Shown here in pieces: positions 63,501 through 64,000 of a DNA stretch of 64,000 nt. The notes beneath the pieces are model-generated. The model had not been told where the DNA came from and searched no databases. It saw only the letters and a list, made by a program, of their open reading frames with translations. The stretch lies in NCBI RefSeq assembly GCF_964355755.1, contig NC_092673.1, positions 25,417,648 through 25,481,647 on the forward strand, read 5' to 3'. This stretch comes from Antedon mediterranea (lineage: Eukaryota > Animalia > Echinodermata). A program made the translations under genes and the position numbers. How positions within the stretch are numbered: position 1 is the first letter of the stretch; every line of letters begins with the position of its first letter.

Positions 63501-64000
63501 TTTTTGTATATATTTTATTTCATCTCATATTCAATTACTGCATTCACTCAGATGATGGAGCTATTATTTATAGCTCCGTGCTCAGATGAGTTATGTGGGT
63601 TTTATCAACAACAGGATGCTGAGCTCCGGAGATCAAAGGGTTTATTTGTGGCTGCAACATGATCAGTTACACAGTCCTTATCAGATACCGCGCGCAGCCG
63701 ATATGTACATAGTAATGTACATTACTGTTGGTATTTGTCGCAGCCAGACGTAAGATCAAAGGACTGTTACAAGTTCCTATCTTGTCAAGGCAAGCTCAGT
63801 AATCTGTTGGATTTGTTAATGATCGGGTTGTTTGTAATAGTATTGTTTTTTACCTGTCAAACTTTTGAATTTTAAGTTTTTGTTTACCTCATTTTATTTT
63901 ACATGTACTTTAGAATATTAAATTTCCGTCGCAGTGTTCCTATTGCTGGTCGAAGAATAAACATGACTGAAGACATTATACAAAAATGTGATGACAAGGA
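60566..64000 (+). CDS. FAM20C: FAM20C-like secretory-pathway kinase (5' part; continues beyond window)
   Basis: Exons 60566-60786, 62198-62260, 62848-63048, 63397-63495, 63914->64000 are in frame. N-terminal signal anchor [79 protein letters not shown] match the FAM20 kinase N-lobe. The exact paralogue (A/B/C) is not certain. Confidence 0.88.
61178..62080. mobile_element. Nested mobile elements in FAM20 intron 1: outer ~75-bp imperfect TIR element, Helitron ~61340-61808, inner MITE 61589-61710
   Basis: GGTCGAAGCGGCTGCCAACCAAAGCGGCCGC is inverted at ~62040-62070. The Helitron 5' part matches 28677-28915. The inner TIR is TACATGTCCC(A/G)TCACGTGACATGTA. Confidence 0.65.

Overview
AT-rich, intron-containing animal genomic DNA, very probably a crinoid echinoderm (feather star), because it encodes the vasopressin/oxytocin-type peptide CFWRTCPVG-amide (crinotocin). 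All gene models were assembled by hand from GT-AG junctions and reading-frame continuity. (1) Three tandem + strand paralogues (5.2-21.8 kb) encode an adaptor-like protein: PH-like domain, Tyr/Pro-rich linker, syntenin-type tandem PDZ pair. The third copy is frameshifted. (2) The 3-exon crinotocin-neurophysin precursor lies at 29518-39618. (3) An 11-exon HMG20A/B-like gene on the - strand (42753-59037) carries an extra matrin/U1-type zinc-finger exon. (4) A divergently transcribed FAM20C-like kinase runs off the window end. Non-coding space is dense in mobile DNA: HINE-like elements, a 3.3-kb inverted-repeat structure, MITEs, Helitrons, Deu/Nin-type SINEs and a very young non-autonomous LTR element. 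The most interesting non-gene signals are a tandem pair of minimal hammerhead ribozymes (206-nt period) in TA microsatellites, a perfect 35-bp hairpin that would mask the acceptor of a frame-neutral HMG20 exon, two convergent tRNA-like genes with anticodon ATC, and 20-27-bp palindromes with 7-bp duplications that resemble P-element excision footprints. Family assignments come from remembered motifs, not database searches.
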